A stretch of 64,000 bases of DNA from Octopus sinensis (taxonomy: Eukaryota). A program made the position numbers and the translations under genes. Under the pieces are notes generated by a model. That model made no database searches. It saw only the letters and a list, made by a program, of their open reading frames with translations, and had not been told where the DNA came from. Of this stretch, positions 11,706 to 24,830 are shown one piece after another (positions within the stretch are counted from its first letter, which is position 1; every line of letters begins with the position of its first letter). The stretch lies in assembly GCF_006345805.1 (NCBI RefSeq), contig NC_043003.1, forward strand, positions 2,232,001-2,296,000. The letters run 5' to 3'.

Positions 11706-13663
11706 CATGTTCAATTTTATTTATGCAAATGTTATCTCATGTCTTCTTTCTTTTTAAGGTTCTTCAATCTTATGATCATACTTGAAAGCTGAAACAGCTT
11801 CCTGGTTAGCAAAGGTGAAATAAACATCAGAGAGACTTTAAGATTCAGGGAATCAGAAATATTGCTGCAGGAGCCACTCCAAGGTATTGCAAGTTCTTCT
11901 GAATCCATCACAAAGAAAGAAACCCTTTCACATCATCAGTCGGTATCTCAGAGTCACAAGTGTTTCATTCCTTTGACTGAATGCTTTACCAAAGTGGGGC
12001 AGTGGGAACTGAATTCTTTGCCTGCAGATCTGCAGTCTTTTGTGAACCACATCCACTTGAGCTGGTTTTAGCAGAAATGCCTACCATCTCAAAAGTGGCT
12101 TTCTTCAATTGTTTGAGTTCCAGACAAATTTTGTACAAGAAATAGCACCTCAACTGAGACAGAAAGCTGTGGCAGCTGACTTAAATAAGGAATGAGGCTG
12201 TGTGTCATTCCTGGACAAATGCCTCGTCCAACCATGGCCTGATATTTGGTTTTCTTTAGCTGGCGTGAAATGCAGAGACAGTCCTTCCAAGGCTAAGTTT
12301 AACATTGGTGATTGTTTTTGCATTCCTGATGAGCAGGAACATGTTTGCTCAATGTGATGTTCCTCTGGAATGATAAGACTGCTCTTCAGATTGATTGGCA
12401 CCTCAGAAGACTGAGAAATGCAAAAGAGAAAATAAATCCCCTAATGTTACTTTCCTCTTAAGAATCTGATACCCTTTGGTGATAGTGGCTGTTGCTTGTT
12501 AGCTATTACCCTTTGCAAGTCTATTAAGTGAGGACCTTGTTTTGCCTTCACTTGGATCAGCCTTCTCCCAGGTATCCAGTTGAAATGTAGCTTCTATATG
12601 ATATAAAAGTTTGAAAATAAACCTTTGAATCAATGCAGGTGAGAAATTAAGCAAAGTACACAAGGTGACGTCAGTAAATATAAACAAATAGAAAAGATTT
12701 TGTATTAAATTACACAGATTGTTTACTGCTCATATATTTCGGGAAAGTTACTCCTTTTCAAATGGAAGAGAAAAAGTAATCAAAGAATTTGGAGAAATGT
12801 GTTGAATCTTTCATGATATAATATAAACGGTATAGAATCAATGAACAATCTATGGAAGTTAATACAATGTCTTTTCACTTTCTTTTTATGTAGTGAAATC
12901 TTACAGATTTGGCCCAATGGCTCGCCTGCACTGATCAAAGCTTTGAGCATATTACACATTTAAAGATATGATAGGAGTAGGTGTAGCTGTGAGGTAAGAC
13001 GTTTGCTCAACAACCAGGTTCAGTCCCACTGTGTGACACCTTGGGCAAGTGTCTTCTACTATAGCCCTGGGCTCATCACTGAACTCTTGTAAATGGATTT
13101 AGTAGCCGGAAACTGAAAGAGGCTTGTTACATATGTATAACCAGTGTGTGTGTGTGTGCGCATGTTAGTGTCCATGCCTTGACCCCGCTTAACAGTTTCG
13201 AGTGTCGCCTTCATGCAGGTGGCATCCTTCATTTCTAATCTTCTGAAGCATGTCTGGTCATCATCATCATCATCATCATCTTCCATGCATGCATGGGTAG
13301 GACGGTTGACAGGAGCCAGCCAGGTAGAAAAACCACCCTAGGCTGCTGTGTCTGTTTCGGCAGGGTTTTTTTTACACAAACACCCTCGGCCGGATGTCCT
13401 CCCTAACTCCAACCACCCTGCAGAGTGGACTCACACCTTTTTACATGGTCATGGGAGAATATTAACTTATTATAGGGAAACAGGGTTGGTGACAGGAAAG
13501 GCACCCAGTGGTAGGAAATATGCTTCAACAAATTTTGCGTGACCCGTAAGAATAGTGGGTGCCCAGAGAAAGCCAAAAAATGCGCCACCCCCTCTCCCCC
13601 GCCCCAATTACAAAAATCCACGATATTATATAGTACTTGTTACATTCAATATTTTAAAGCAAT

Positions 13664-14050
13664 GTGGAGGCGCAATGGCCCAGTGGTTAGGGCAGCGGAC
13701 TCACGGTCGTAGGATCGTGGTTTCGATTCTCAGACCGGGCGTTGTGAGTGTTTATTGAGCGAAAACACCTAAAGCTCCACGAGGCTCTGGCAGGGGATGG
13801 TGGTGATCCCTGCTGTACTCTTTCACCACAACTTTCTCTCATTCTTACTTCCTGTTTCTGTTGTACCTGTATTACAAAGGGCCGGCCTTGTCACTCTCTG
13901 TGTCACGCTGAATATCCCTGAGAACTACGTTAAGGGTACACGTGTCTGTGGAGTGCTCAGCCACTTACACATTAATTTCATAAGCAGGCTGTTCCGTTGA
14001 TCGGATCAACTGGAACCCTCGTCATCGTAACCGACGGAGTGCTTCCATCC
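13664..14050 (+). mobile_element. tRNA-head SINE family D, full length with 13-bp TSD
   Basis: Head ggaggcgcaatggcccagtggttaggg...tttcgattc; TSD attttaaagcaat at 13651-13663 and 14051-14063. Confidence 0.9.
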
Positions 14051-17000
14051 ATTTTAAAGCAATATTTTAGGAATAACTACTTCACCAGGGTTCGTTTTAC
14101 CTGCCGGTTCGGTACAGCCTGTAATTCGAAATATATTTTTTTAATGTTTACTTATACGAAGCCTCTTTTGACGCCATTTGTAAAAAATGTCCAGACATGA
14201 ATGTGGAAAGCCATCGTGTTACGTTTACCTTCAATAACAGCATAAACCGAGATGCTGGAGATACATCTTTGCAATTGCTATTTTATCAACGGAGTTCAAG
14301 CTTATCGCTTTATGGTCAATTCTGCGCCCCTCCCCCTTCAATCATGCTCGGGGTACGTTCTCCCCACCTTGCCCCTAGTTACGCTACTGCATAGGAGTAT
14401 GGAGAAGTGGGCACAAAAACCACAATGATGAAGATAGACACACACACACACGTCTTTAAAAATAAGGGAGAACACACACACAACTTGCATGATTTGGTAG
14501 CACGAGCTCACATTGGTTCGCCATGTTCAATTTTCTGAGTTAACATTTTGGTTCCCACATGTCCCACCGGTGGGTCGTGGTGACATGTAAGCAAGTCCTG
14601 CCCGACCTACCAGCAGGTTGTTTCTATGGGCTTTCTGAGAGCTGGTATGTTCCGATAGCTTTGATTTGTGCTTTTGCTACACTAAAAAGACAATTTTTTT
14701 TTATAGATCTTTCATATTTCTTTCGTTTTTCTTCTGATTTCACCATGTAATGAGGTAAAACAAAAGATTGAGTATTTAGAACATTTTATTTTGAAAAAAA
14801 TTGGCAGATTTTCCAATAGAGACGGAAAGGAATAAAAAATATTTTACTTGCCATGGAAAGCAAAATAGTTCTTCCAGAAAAGATTTTGAGACCTTCCAAA
14901 AGAAAATGCCCCAAATCCTTAATTGACTAAGGGTAGGTCGTGTTGTATCTAACACTATGTGATCCTTGCATCACATATGATATAGTGTAAAAATAGTATG
15001 CCACCCATGGCAAAATCAATTAAAATATCGTATTGGAACCCTGGGATAAAACGCAAAATGAGGCTCGGGAGCCAATGTGTTAAACCATGCTTACAACGTC
15101 CTCTTTATTGAGGATCAGGATGGGTTTGTTGGCCCATGTGAGTCGACCTCATGCCACATGAGGAAGTATCTCATGAGATAGGAACTGACTGGGATTCAGC
15201 TCAACGGGTTGCCCAGGTCCACCTGGGAATATACCAACAAATGTGAATGCTGCAACGACACATGACCCCACACTTGACCTATACTAGCAAACACCACCAA
15301 AAGCATTAGGAAATGTTTCAAGGACTACGATTAATGTTCATGCCCTTTTCTGAACTTCAGCATCTTTCTCTTTTATTTGATTCAGTTATTAGAGTGCGAC
15401 CATGCTGGAGTGCCTGCCGCCTTGAAGGGTTGTCGGTTTCCATTAACGAACCTCTAAGTTACGGGAAAGTAAACATATCCAAACAAGTTGTCACGAGGGA
15501 GCGGGGTACACACACACACACAAAAAGGGCTCTTTTACCCTTTTAGTTTCCATCAGACAAATCCTCTCGGCTCGGGGCTATAGTCGGGGACAACTTGCCC
15601 AAGGTGCCACACAGTGGAACTGAACCCAAGACCAGATGGTTGGGAAGCAAGCTCTTTTAACCACACAGCCACACCAGCGCCAGAGGTTTTGTTTATTTTA
15701 TATTTTTTTATATCATTGTCTATTGGCAACAATAATTAATAAAAATAATAAGGATAAGTGCCTCAAAACGGGTTACAGAAGAGAATATAGGGAAAGAGAG
15801 AGAGAGAGAGAGGGAGGGAGGAGTAAGCGCGAGTGCGCGGAAAGTCAATTAAGTAATCTAAAAATAGATTCCAGTCATTCAAAATTGTTCGTTCGCAAAT
15901 GTGTTACCCACGGATAAAAATAGATTCCCCCCTACACTGTATTTTGTCTTTAATTTTCCACCGTTTTACATCTACCCGGATATGTAATCTAATATATAGT
16001 TCTGATTAAACAGCGATATAACATATTTTACAATACTTGTTGATAAGGGTTAGACTTTTTACATTTCTATGCTGAAGAAGCCTGAAAGTCCTTTTGAAAT
16101 ACAATGGATAAGATCTTATCCATTTACGAGCATGTCTCTATATGGTATAACATGTTAAAAATAGCAAGCACATCTCTCAGATTACACCCTTTTATATTTA
16201 CTATTTTTATCATATAAGAAAAAAAGGGGGGGGGACGTTAATATCAAAGCATGAAGCCAAGTAAAGATTGTTTATCAGTTCAATTAGGATTGTTTTCCAA
16301 TTAGAGAAATAGACCCCCAACAAAGTCCAATTACGCTACTCCTAAAAGTATGAGCTTAACCAAACTCGGGAATCTCGCAGTATGAATTTTTGCTGACGCA
16401 CCCACCACTTCTTGCACTGGTTCCCACCGGCAATCTTTCATACTCCAGCTGCGAAGATTCCTTTTGAGGACTTACAGACAAGACTTCTTGTTACATCACT
16501 TATAGAAAAACAGAAAAACAAATTCAAAAGACTCGTCGACAGTCCTTACATAGACATCGTCTCTGACGTTCTTCCGACTTCTCTATTTTTTTTTTTTTTT
16601 TTGTAGCCGGAATATCAAGGATCGCCTTTCCTCTGATATCTTTTTTTTCTTTTACATATTGGTTGGCTAAATTCGAGCTATCTTAATAAAATATCGGAAA
16701 AATATCCTTAAAAAAAATCTGAGTCCTACCTACAATAAAAAAAAAACAACTATATACTAAAAAATGTAATTTCCAATATGTATAAAGATAGGATGGTCAC
16801 GGTTGGGACGCCTATGTTCATGGGCGCTCCAGTGGTGACTACTGGATCATAAGTGACTTAGAACTAAACAGAGCAAAAACGAAGAATGTTAATCGCATTT
16901 TATAAACATTGCAGACAACTATTAATTTGGAGTCAATGAACTTAGAAAGCAGGGTTGGATTTCTCAGGATTGCATTTAAACTTTTCCTACTTTACTACAA

Positions 17001-18480
17001 TCAATTTTTATGCATGGGAGAAAGGAAAAAGAAAAATTAGCGACGACAAGAGGACACTAGCAGTATTTCATGGTACAGATGGCTGGCAAGAAACTTTCAC
17101 TTGAAGCTACGTGCCTTTCTGGCCGTTCCTTTGCTATCTCAAGTTCTTAAACAGTTCCAGATGGTGGTTGAAAGCCTACAACAAATGTGGTTTGGTAGTT
17201 AAGACTAAAAATACATCGACTACAGCGAAGATAAACACCCCGAAACCTATATCAAGCCTCGCTCATCAGTAACTTTAACAAAAGATTTATCGTCAATTCA
17301 CTTAAAGCGACCTGTCGGCCTTTAAAATGCAACAGGTCACACGGGAGACTTAATTAAGTCAGCCATATTTCAGCTAGTAATTACTGAATGCGAAACTAAA
17401 AAAATAAAATAAAGATTAGCTGACAATCAAAAAAGTGACCCGAATGCAACTATGAAAAATATTAAATCCCTGGCGATTAATACATTATATTAGTTTCTGA
17501 ATATTTAATTTCGCAGTCGCCTTGTATTTCTGCATGAAATACACTAAACGACTTTCATTGAATAACTACAGCTTTAGCCCCACCCCCTCCCGTTACACAA
17601 CCGAGTTAATTAGAAAGAAAAAAGAAATTCCATGTCTTTATTGGGATCAGGTGTCTATTAGAAAGTTTCTCGTGACGAGGAAGCATTCAAGTAATACTTT
17701 AAATAGATTCATATCCAATCTACAAGTTATCTATAAAAACTGATGAAGTTTTGGGATTTCATTTTTAATTTTCTCTTTTCAAAAATATTTAAAACTTTCT
17801 AAGCAATTACAACCTGTGAACATGTTTAATTACTCGATAAAATTAAATTGTTTTTAGCTGTCATTTACATGGTTCTTTGAAAAACAAATTAATATTCACG
17901 GGATGGGCTATTTTAGGAAATGGACTGAGCAGTAATCATTAAATTTCAGCTGCTTAATTCGTCGCTAATTGCTGACCGAATCGTATTTCTACCACAGAGA
18001 CAAATACGAATTTTTTCTATCATCGACACAGTTTTTCGACAATTTCTTTATGTTTAAATAAAGAAAAATGTCATAAAAGAAAATTGAAGTAGCTTTAAGA
18101 GTATAAAGGTAGAAATTAAACCAAATATAAATAAAAGTTGTCAAACATGTCAACGTTGAACTTAATGCTGACTAACGAAAAAATTGTTTCTTTTTATTTC
18201 AGGAATTATTTGTGGGAGAGAAAACGAAATTATCGGCTTTAAATTTAACTCTATTTATTTTGCTAAGTTTATATATAACACTTAGAAGTGGAAAATGTCC
18301 ATGTATTGAAGTAGTTTCTTATTTTCACACAAGATTATATAAATAAGAACCAGCCAGGCTGTCGTCAATCGTGATTAGGGTAAAAATAAGAAATTAAAGT
18401 TTTCAAAGTTTAACGAATTAGGAAAGAGATAAAGACACGAAACGCCAAAGAAAGTTTCTATAGATTTCTTTAATACTTAC

Positions 18481-18895
18481 AATGAAATTCTGTCGATGTT
18501 GTCCGAGCTTTAAAACTGGTGACCAAATAACGAAGACATTGATAGAGATGAGTGTAAGTAAAAATCTCGGCGAATTTCTTCTTCTTCTTCTAGTTGGGAA
18601 TGAATAGCAATGAGCAGCCGGGGTTCATTGTTGTATAAACAAATGAATGGAGTTTGTACCCGCGTAAAAAGTGGTGATCCAATTCGTCGTCACCTGGTTG
18701 TGGTGGTGAACATGGAGCTTTAAAAGTTGTTGTCTATCAAGTGACAACCACGACGACGATGATGATATCGGAGTGGGACATTGGTGGATGTGATGTTAGT
18801 CGTTCCATAGCCACACACACTTGTGCTCGTTGCTATAACCACGCTACCACCATCACAACATCACCTTTTCCCCTTCCTCCCGCTTGTGTTTATAT
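18481..18895 (-). promoter_or_regulatory. Candidate promoter and non-coding first exon of a minus-strand gene
   Basis: Minus-strand TATATAAA at about 18888-18895 and GTAAGT donor starting at 18480. The CpG-retaining, SINE-free context and short trinucleotide runs resemble a 5'UTR. No downstream coding exon was found. Confidence 0.3.
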
Positions 18896-19294
18896 ATTGT
18901 CATTCTCATAATTAAATATCCTTTTCCAGAACACAATTATATTTACCTTCGTCTTCTCAAATATGCCCCCCTTATAAGGCAGGGCATTTTCCCAACGAAA
19001 ACTATTTAGACTTGGTTTTTAGCTTCTTTTTATTTATTCAGATGAGAACGCAACATTTTATTTTTATTTTTCAAATAATTTTTTTGATCGTTTTAAATCT
19101 TAGTTGATGGATTTAGTTTTTCTATGTTTAATCAAATTGAGGTATACAAGGTTGAAATGAAATTTATAAAAGAAATTTATTGATAAAAAAGAACATCAAG
19201 GAATGTAAGTGAAATTTTAGACACGTGTGAGTGTGTGTGGATAGATAGATAATATTATGTGTGTGTGTATGTGTGGAAAATTCGGGGTCTTTTT

Positions 19295-19710
<416 letters not shown>

Positions 19711-20052
19711 TAAACGAAACCACACTCTTGAATGATATAATCGCCAATGTTATTTCAGGAGAAAAATTAAGGGAAAAAAAATAATTACTATCTTATAAAT
19801 TAAACGTTAAAAAAGAGGGGGGGGGGATCCAAGAAATCTGGCGGTGGAGGTATATATCGGCAAAAATAACACAGTTTAGATGGTGTGTTTAAGTTATGTG
19901 GAGAGATGGGCATCCGACGGTTTTGGTCTAACTCTTCGTCTAAGAGAAAACAGATGTTTCAACTGAAGAATTTAAGAAGTATAGAGAACATGACATGATG
20001 AGGGGGGGAGAGGAGGTAAACATATTTAGTCGATGGAAGTTACATATATATA

Positions 20053-20083
<31 letters not shown>

Positions 20084-20114
20084 ATATATATAGCATATAT
20101 ATATATGCTTTCAA

Positions 20115-20315
20115 ATTTTTCCACAGGTCTAGCAGTTTTTGAGGGGAGGAGGAAGTTGATTACATTAACCCAACTACATAACTGGTACTTATTTTATCGA
20201 CCCCAAAAGGATGAAAAGCAATATCAACCTCGGCGGAATTTGAGCTCAGTGCATAAAGACGGACAAAATGTTGCAAAGCATTTTGTCCGGCGTGCTAACA
20301 GTTTTATCATCTCAC
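20115..20315 (-). mobile_element. SINE family C (partial)
   Basis: actggtacttattttatcgacccc...cggcggaatttgagctcag...gctaacag, the reverse complement of the family C head and body. Confidence 0.75.
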
Positions 20316-20339
20316 CGCTTTCAATAATAATAATAATAA

Positions 20340-20680
20340 CACTTTCTTTATTGGCCACAAGGACCCACATTAAAAACAAAAGGACTTTACACAAAACAAA
20401 CAAGAGACGACGCGTGTAAATAGTAAATAAACAAAAACAATACAAGAATTCGAACAATTAAATTTTCTTAATAGGGGGGGAATCCAACTAGGGACGACCC
20501 AGGAAACCCCACACACCATGGACACCTTGATTACACAGGGCACCTCAGGCAAGCACCCCTTTCCTCTTCACCCTCTCCAACCTACAAGCGCATTCACATG
20601 GGGTGGGCATCCTCGCCACATCCACCCACCTTTCAACGAACTTAAAATGTTAATGAGTCCTTGGCTGAAGAAGAAAGTGC
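20340..20680 (-). mobile_element. L1/Tx1-like LINE 3' end, flanked by (AAT)n
   Basis: Minus strand reads KFVERWVDVARM (recalled as a Tx1-like ORF2 C-terminal motif) and ends in ccaataaagaaa; (aat)n on both sides (20323-20339, 20683-20697). Confidence 0.55.
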
Positions 20681-20699
20681 CGAATAATAATAATAATGA

Positions 20700-20890
20700 T
20701 CCTTTCTGCTAAAATTCGGGGGAAATGGGTAAGTCGATTATATCGACCCAGTGTTTCACTGGTACTTAATTTATCGAGCCCGAAAGGATTAGAAGCAAAG
20801 TTGATCTTAGCGTAATTGGAACTCGGAACGTAAAGATTGGGTGAAACGGTACTCAGCTTTTTGTTTGGCACGCGAAGGACTCAGCCAGTT
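20700..20890 (-). mobile_element. SINE family C (diverged)
   Basis: gtcgattatatcgacccag...actggtacttaatttatcgagcccgaaagg. Confidence 0.7.
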
Positions 20891-20924
20891 TGCTGCACAC
20901 ACACACACACACATAAATAAAACA

Positions 20925-20964
20925 GACAGATAGGAAGAAAGACAGACACAGATAGATAGATATT

Positions 20965-21040
<76 letters not shown>

Positions 21041-21775
21041 CAGACAGACACAGGTAGAAAGATAGATAGATAGATAGGTAAATAGATAGATAGATAGATA
21101 GACACAGGTAGATAGATAGATAGATAAATAAATAGACAGACACAGGTAGAAAGATAGATAGATAGGTAGATAGACAGATAGATAGATAGATAGACAGACA
21201 CAGGTAGAAAGATAGATAGATAGGTAGATAAGTTTCTTTATTGGTCACACAGGGCTGCACACAGATGAGACAAATTACAAGGTAGAGCTTTTCTTTTGGG
21301 GGATGAAAACAAAAAAAAAGCGGCGTAGGTTTTCGATCAAAAGGGATCGTAAAAGAAAAAAAGGAAAAGAAACAAAAGAAAAGAAAAAAGAGGGAAAAAA
21401 ACGATCAATAGGGATCTTGTATCACAGTGTCATGATGTACGTTGTAAAGGGGGAAGCAGATATAGATAGACAGACAGACAGACACAGATAGATTGATAGA
21501 TAGATAAATAGATAGATAGATAAATAGATAGACAGACACAGGTAGAAAAATAGATAGATAGGTAAATAGATAGATAGGTAGATAGATAGATAAATAGATA
21601 GATAGATAGATAGATAGACAGACACAGGTAGAAAGATAGATAGATAGGTAAATAGATAGATAGGTAGATAGATAGATAAATAGATAGATAGATAGATAGA
21701 TAGACAGACACAGGTAGAAAGATAGATAGATAGGTAAATAGATAGATAGAGAGACAGACAGACACAGGTAGATAA
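20925..21775. repeat. (TAGA)n microsatellite array punctuated by gacacaggtaga, interrupted by an insertion at 21231-21459
   Basis: gacacaggtaga recurs at about 21047, 21101, 21140, 21198, 21535, 21621, 21706 and 21762. Confidence 0.95.
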
Positions 21776-23064
21776 TGATTTCTTGCATGGGTTTGATTAA
21801 TGGAGGTGCCTCAGCAACACGATCGATCCTTCTCCGTACCCAGCATTTATTTTATTGAATCAAAAACAATTGTGGCAGAGGTGAGAGTTGTGAGATTTGA
21901 AATGACAATTAAACATGTAAAATGAAATACTTGTAGATATTTCAGTCTTGTCTGTAACTCTTAATCCTGGGCCCCACTTCATCATCATGATCAAAAGACT
22001 AAACTCACCCAGGAGCAAAATGCTAATTCTTACAGATGAGTTTGTATCATCGATTATTTTAGAAGCAGCTTATTAAATAATCATTTGCTATTAATTAATA
22101 ACAGTGTGCCACAAATCTAAATTCCTTTATGCTCTTTAAAAAGATCGCTCTTGAATCATTTCAAATTTTCGTTAGAATTTTTAAAATAAATTTAAAAAGG
22201 ATTTTTATCATACAAAACTACATCCATGCAAGAAAAAGAAATTGAAAGAAGTAATCTGATGAAAATTTGAAATAATTCAAATGGTTATAAGAATTTTAAA
22301 AAGATCCCTGTTCTGTACCGTTTGCTATCTACCAAATAAGGGTTTTAGTGACCGTAGGGTGCATGAAGAGTGGTAAAACACAATTAATAAGGTAAGCATA
22401 AAATTAGCTGAGTTTCAGTTAGGCAAAGAAATTTATAATTACAAACCTTAAGAACATAGACAGCCAAGTTGATGGGATATTAGACAACCAGCTGAAAGGT
22501 CAGCATTTTTCATTCTGTTACAAGTGTTGATATAAACTCACTGCTGATAGCAGCAGCAGCAGCAGCAGTAGCAGCAGGACTACTGTGGAATCGACAAGTG
22601 ATTTGTTGCCATGTAGTACCAGGCTAAATTCCTCCAGTGCAAAAATTTACCTCATCCATTTATTTAACACTTCAGAACTAGAGATAAGCACCAGACCTGT
22701 GGAAGTCATATTGACCCAGCTAGACAGAGAGTAGGAAATGTTGTAAACAAAGCTATAAGAGATAAGATGTTGGTCTGTAAACAGTGAAGGTGGGTGGGGG
22801 GGGGGGTTAAAGAAGAAACAGAAAACTAAATGTTTTCCAAGTTTGGAAAGAAGCTGAAAGCAGAATGTTTGTCAGTTGTTTGTAAAAAGGATTGGAGATA
22901 AGAAATGTTTTGAATTGCTCCATGTCTGTCACAATAAATTTGGACATCATTGCTGAGACGTATTACTATCATTTGTCAGAAATTGACTTACTTTCAATGA
23001 TAAAAAATACCTCTTTCACAGTTTGTGACTACTTGCCTACCAGATTCATAAGTACCATTATTCT

Positions 23065-23458
23065 TTTATTTGTTTCAGTCATTTGACTGCAGCCATGCTG
23101 GAGCACCGCCTTCGGTCGAACAAATCGATCCCAGGACTTATTCTTTGTAAGCCTAGTACTTATTCTATCAGTCTCTTTTGCCAAACCACTAAGTTATGGG
23201 GACATACACACACCACCAGCATTGGTTGTCGAGTGATGTTGGGGGACAAACACAGACACACAAACATATACATATGTGTGTGTATATATATATATATATA
23301 TATGAGGCTTCTTTCAGTTTCCATCTACCAAATCCACTCACAAGGCTTTGGTTAGTCCAAGGCTATAGTAGAAGATACTTGCCCATGGCGCCACACAGTG
23401 GGACTGAACCCGGACCCATGTGGTTGGTAAGCAAGCTACTTACCACACAGCCACTCCT
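23065..23458 (-). mobile_element. SINE family B
   Basis: tttgtttcagtcatttgactgcagccatgctggagcaccgcc...cttaccacacagccactcct. Confidence 0.88.
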
Positions 23459-23559
23459 GTTAGAAATTGCTACCCAACATCTTTCACTCATCAGCAACAA
23501 GCTCCATGATTTAAAACCAAGAACAACAGCCACAATGACATCTGCTTCCTTAACTCTTT

Positions 23560-23895
23560 ATCATTTGGACCTGGTGCTGGTGACACATGAAAGGCACCCG
23601 TGCCAGTGATACATATATGGCACCTGTGCTTGTGACGCATAAATGGCACCTGTGCTGGCGATGCATAAACAGCACCCACTACATTCTTGGAGTGGTTGGT
23701 GTTCGGAAGAGCATCCGGCCGTGGAAACCATGCCAAAGCAGGCTGGAACCTGGTGCAGCTCTCTGGCTTACCAGTTCCAGTCAAACTGTCTAACCCCATC
23801 CCAGCAGGGAAACTGGATGGTAAATGATGATGGTGATGATGATGATGATGACAACGACAATGATGATGATGATGGTGATGATGATGATGATGATT
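23560..23895 (+). mobile_element. RTE 3'-tail element (family A) with expanded (GAT)n tail
   Basis: cagcacccactacattcttggagtggttgg...aaatgatgatggtgatgatg. Confidence 0.8.
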
Positions 23896-24263
23896 ACTCT
23901 ATCAGATGCAATGCTTATTTGTACCCCTTGTTTTTAATTGATTATGCATTATCTTCTAGCTTTAAAATTTTCATGATGTGATGGTTTATTTTTAGAGTGG
24001 CATTGTAGGGTAGGAGTGAGAGGCTGGATCTGATCAGTTTGAAGATAAAGTAAAATGGGTTAAGCTATCATGTCTCGTTAAGACTACTATCATTGCCATT
24101 TCAAAAATTATGAACAGCGAGTGATTAGATGTGCATCTGACCCACTCAAGATCCTCTTTAAGTCAAGTGCTTGCCACTAGGGTGACAACGAGGTGCACCA
24201 GCTTGAAATTCAGTTGAGAAGATAAAGAGAAACAAACAATAAAATGCAGGAAGGGAGCAAAGC

Positions 24264-24636
24264 CATCATCATCATCATCATCATCATTTAAAGTCCATTT
24301 TCCATGCTGGTATGGGTTGGACGGTTTGACTGAGGTCTGGGAAGCCAGCAGCTGCACCTGCTCTAATCTGATCTGGAAATGTTTCTACAACTGGATGCCC
24401 TTCTTAATGCCAACCACTCTGAGAGTGTAGTGGATGCTTTTTACGTACCCCTGGCACAGGAGCCAGTCGGGTGGGCCTAGCATCGATCACATTCGGATAG
24501 TGCTTTTTATGTGCCACCAGCACGGGGGCCAGTCAGTGGGTACTGGCATTGGCCATGTTCGGTTGGTGCTTTTTACAAGCCACCAGCACGAAAGCCAGTC
24601 AGGCAGACCTGGAATCGACCACCTTCGGATGGTGCT
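24264..24636 (-). mobile_element. RTE 3'-tail element (family A) with VNTR
   Basis: catcatcatc-atttaaagtcc...; four gtgcttt-type units of about 58 bp. Confidence 0.82.
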
Positions 24637-24695
24637 TTATATATATATATATATGTAACTATATACATATAGATATATGCATATAAATATATATG

Positions 24696-24758
<63 letters not shown>

Positions 24759-24762
24759 TATA

Positions 24763-24819
<57 letters not shown>

Positions 24820-24830
24820 ATATATATATA
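24637..24830. repeat. (TA)n microsatellite
   Basis: Alternating TA run. Confidence 0.97.

Noticed and set aside
17225-17272. Minus-strand CTGATGA followed by a hairpin
   Set aside because: The hairpin is followed by GGGTG rather than GAAA, so there is no HHR core.
18482-18553. Plus-strand ATG-to-GTAAGT mini exon (MKFCRCCPSFKTGDQITKTLIEMS)
   Set aside because: No recognisable protein and no compatible downstream exon was found; it is mentioned only as context for the candidate promoter region.
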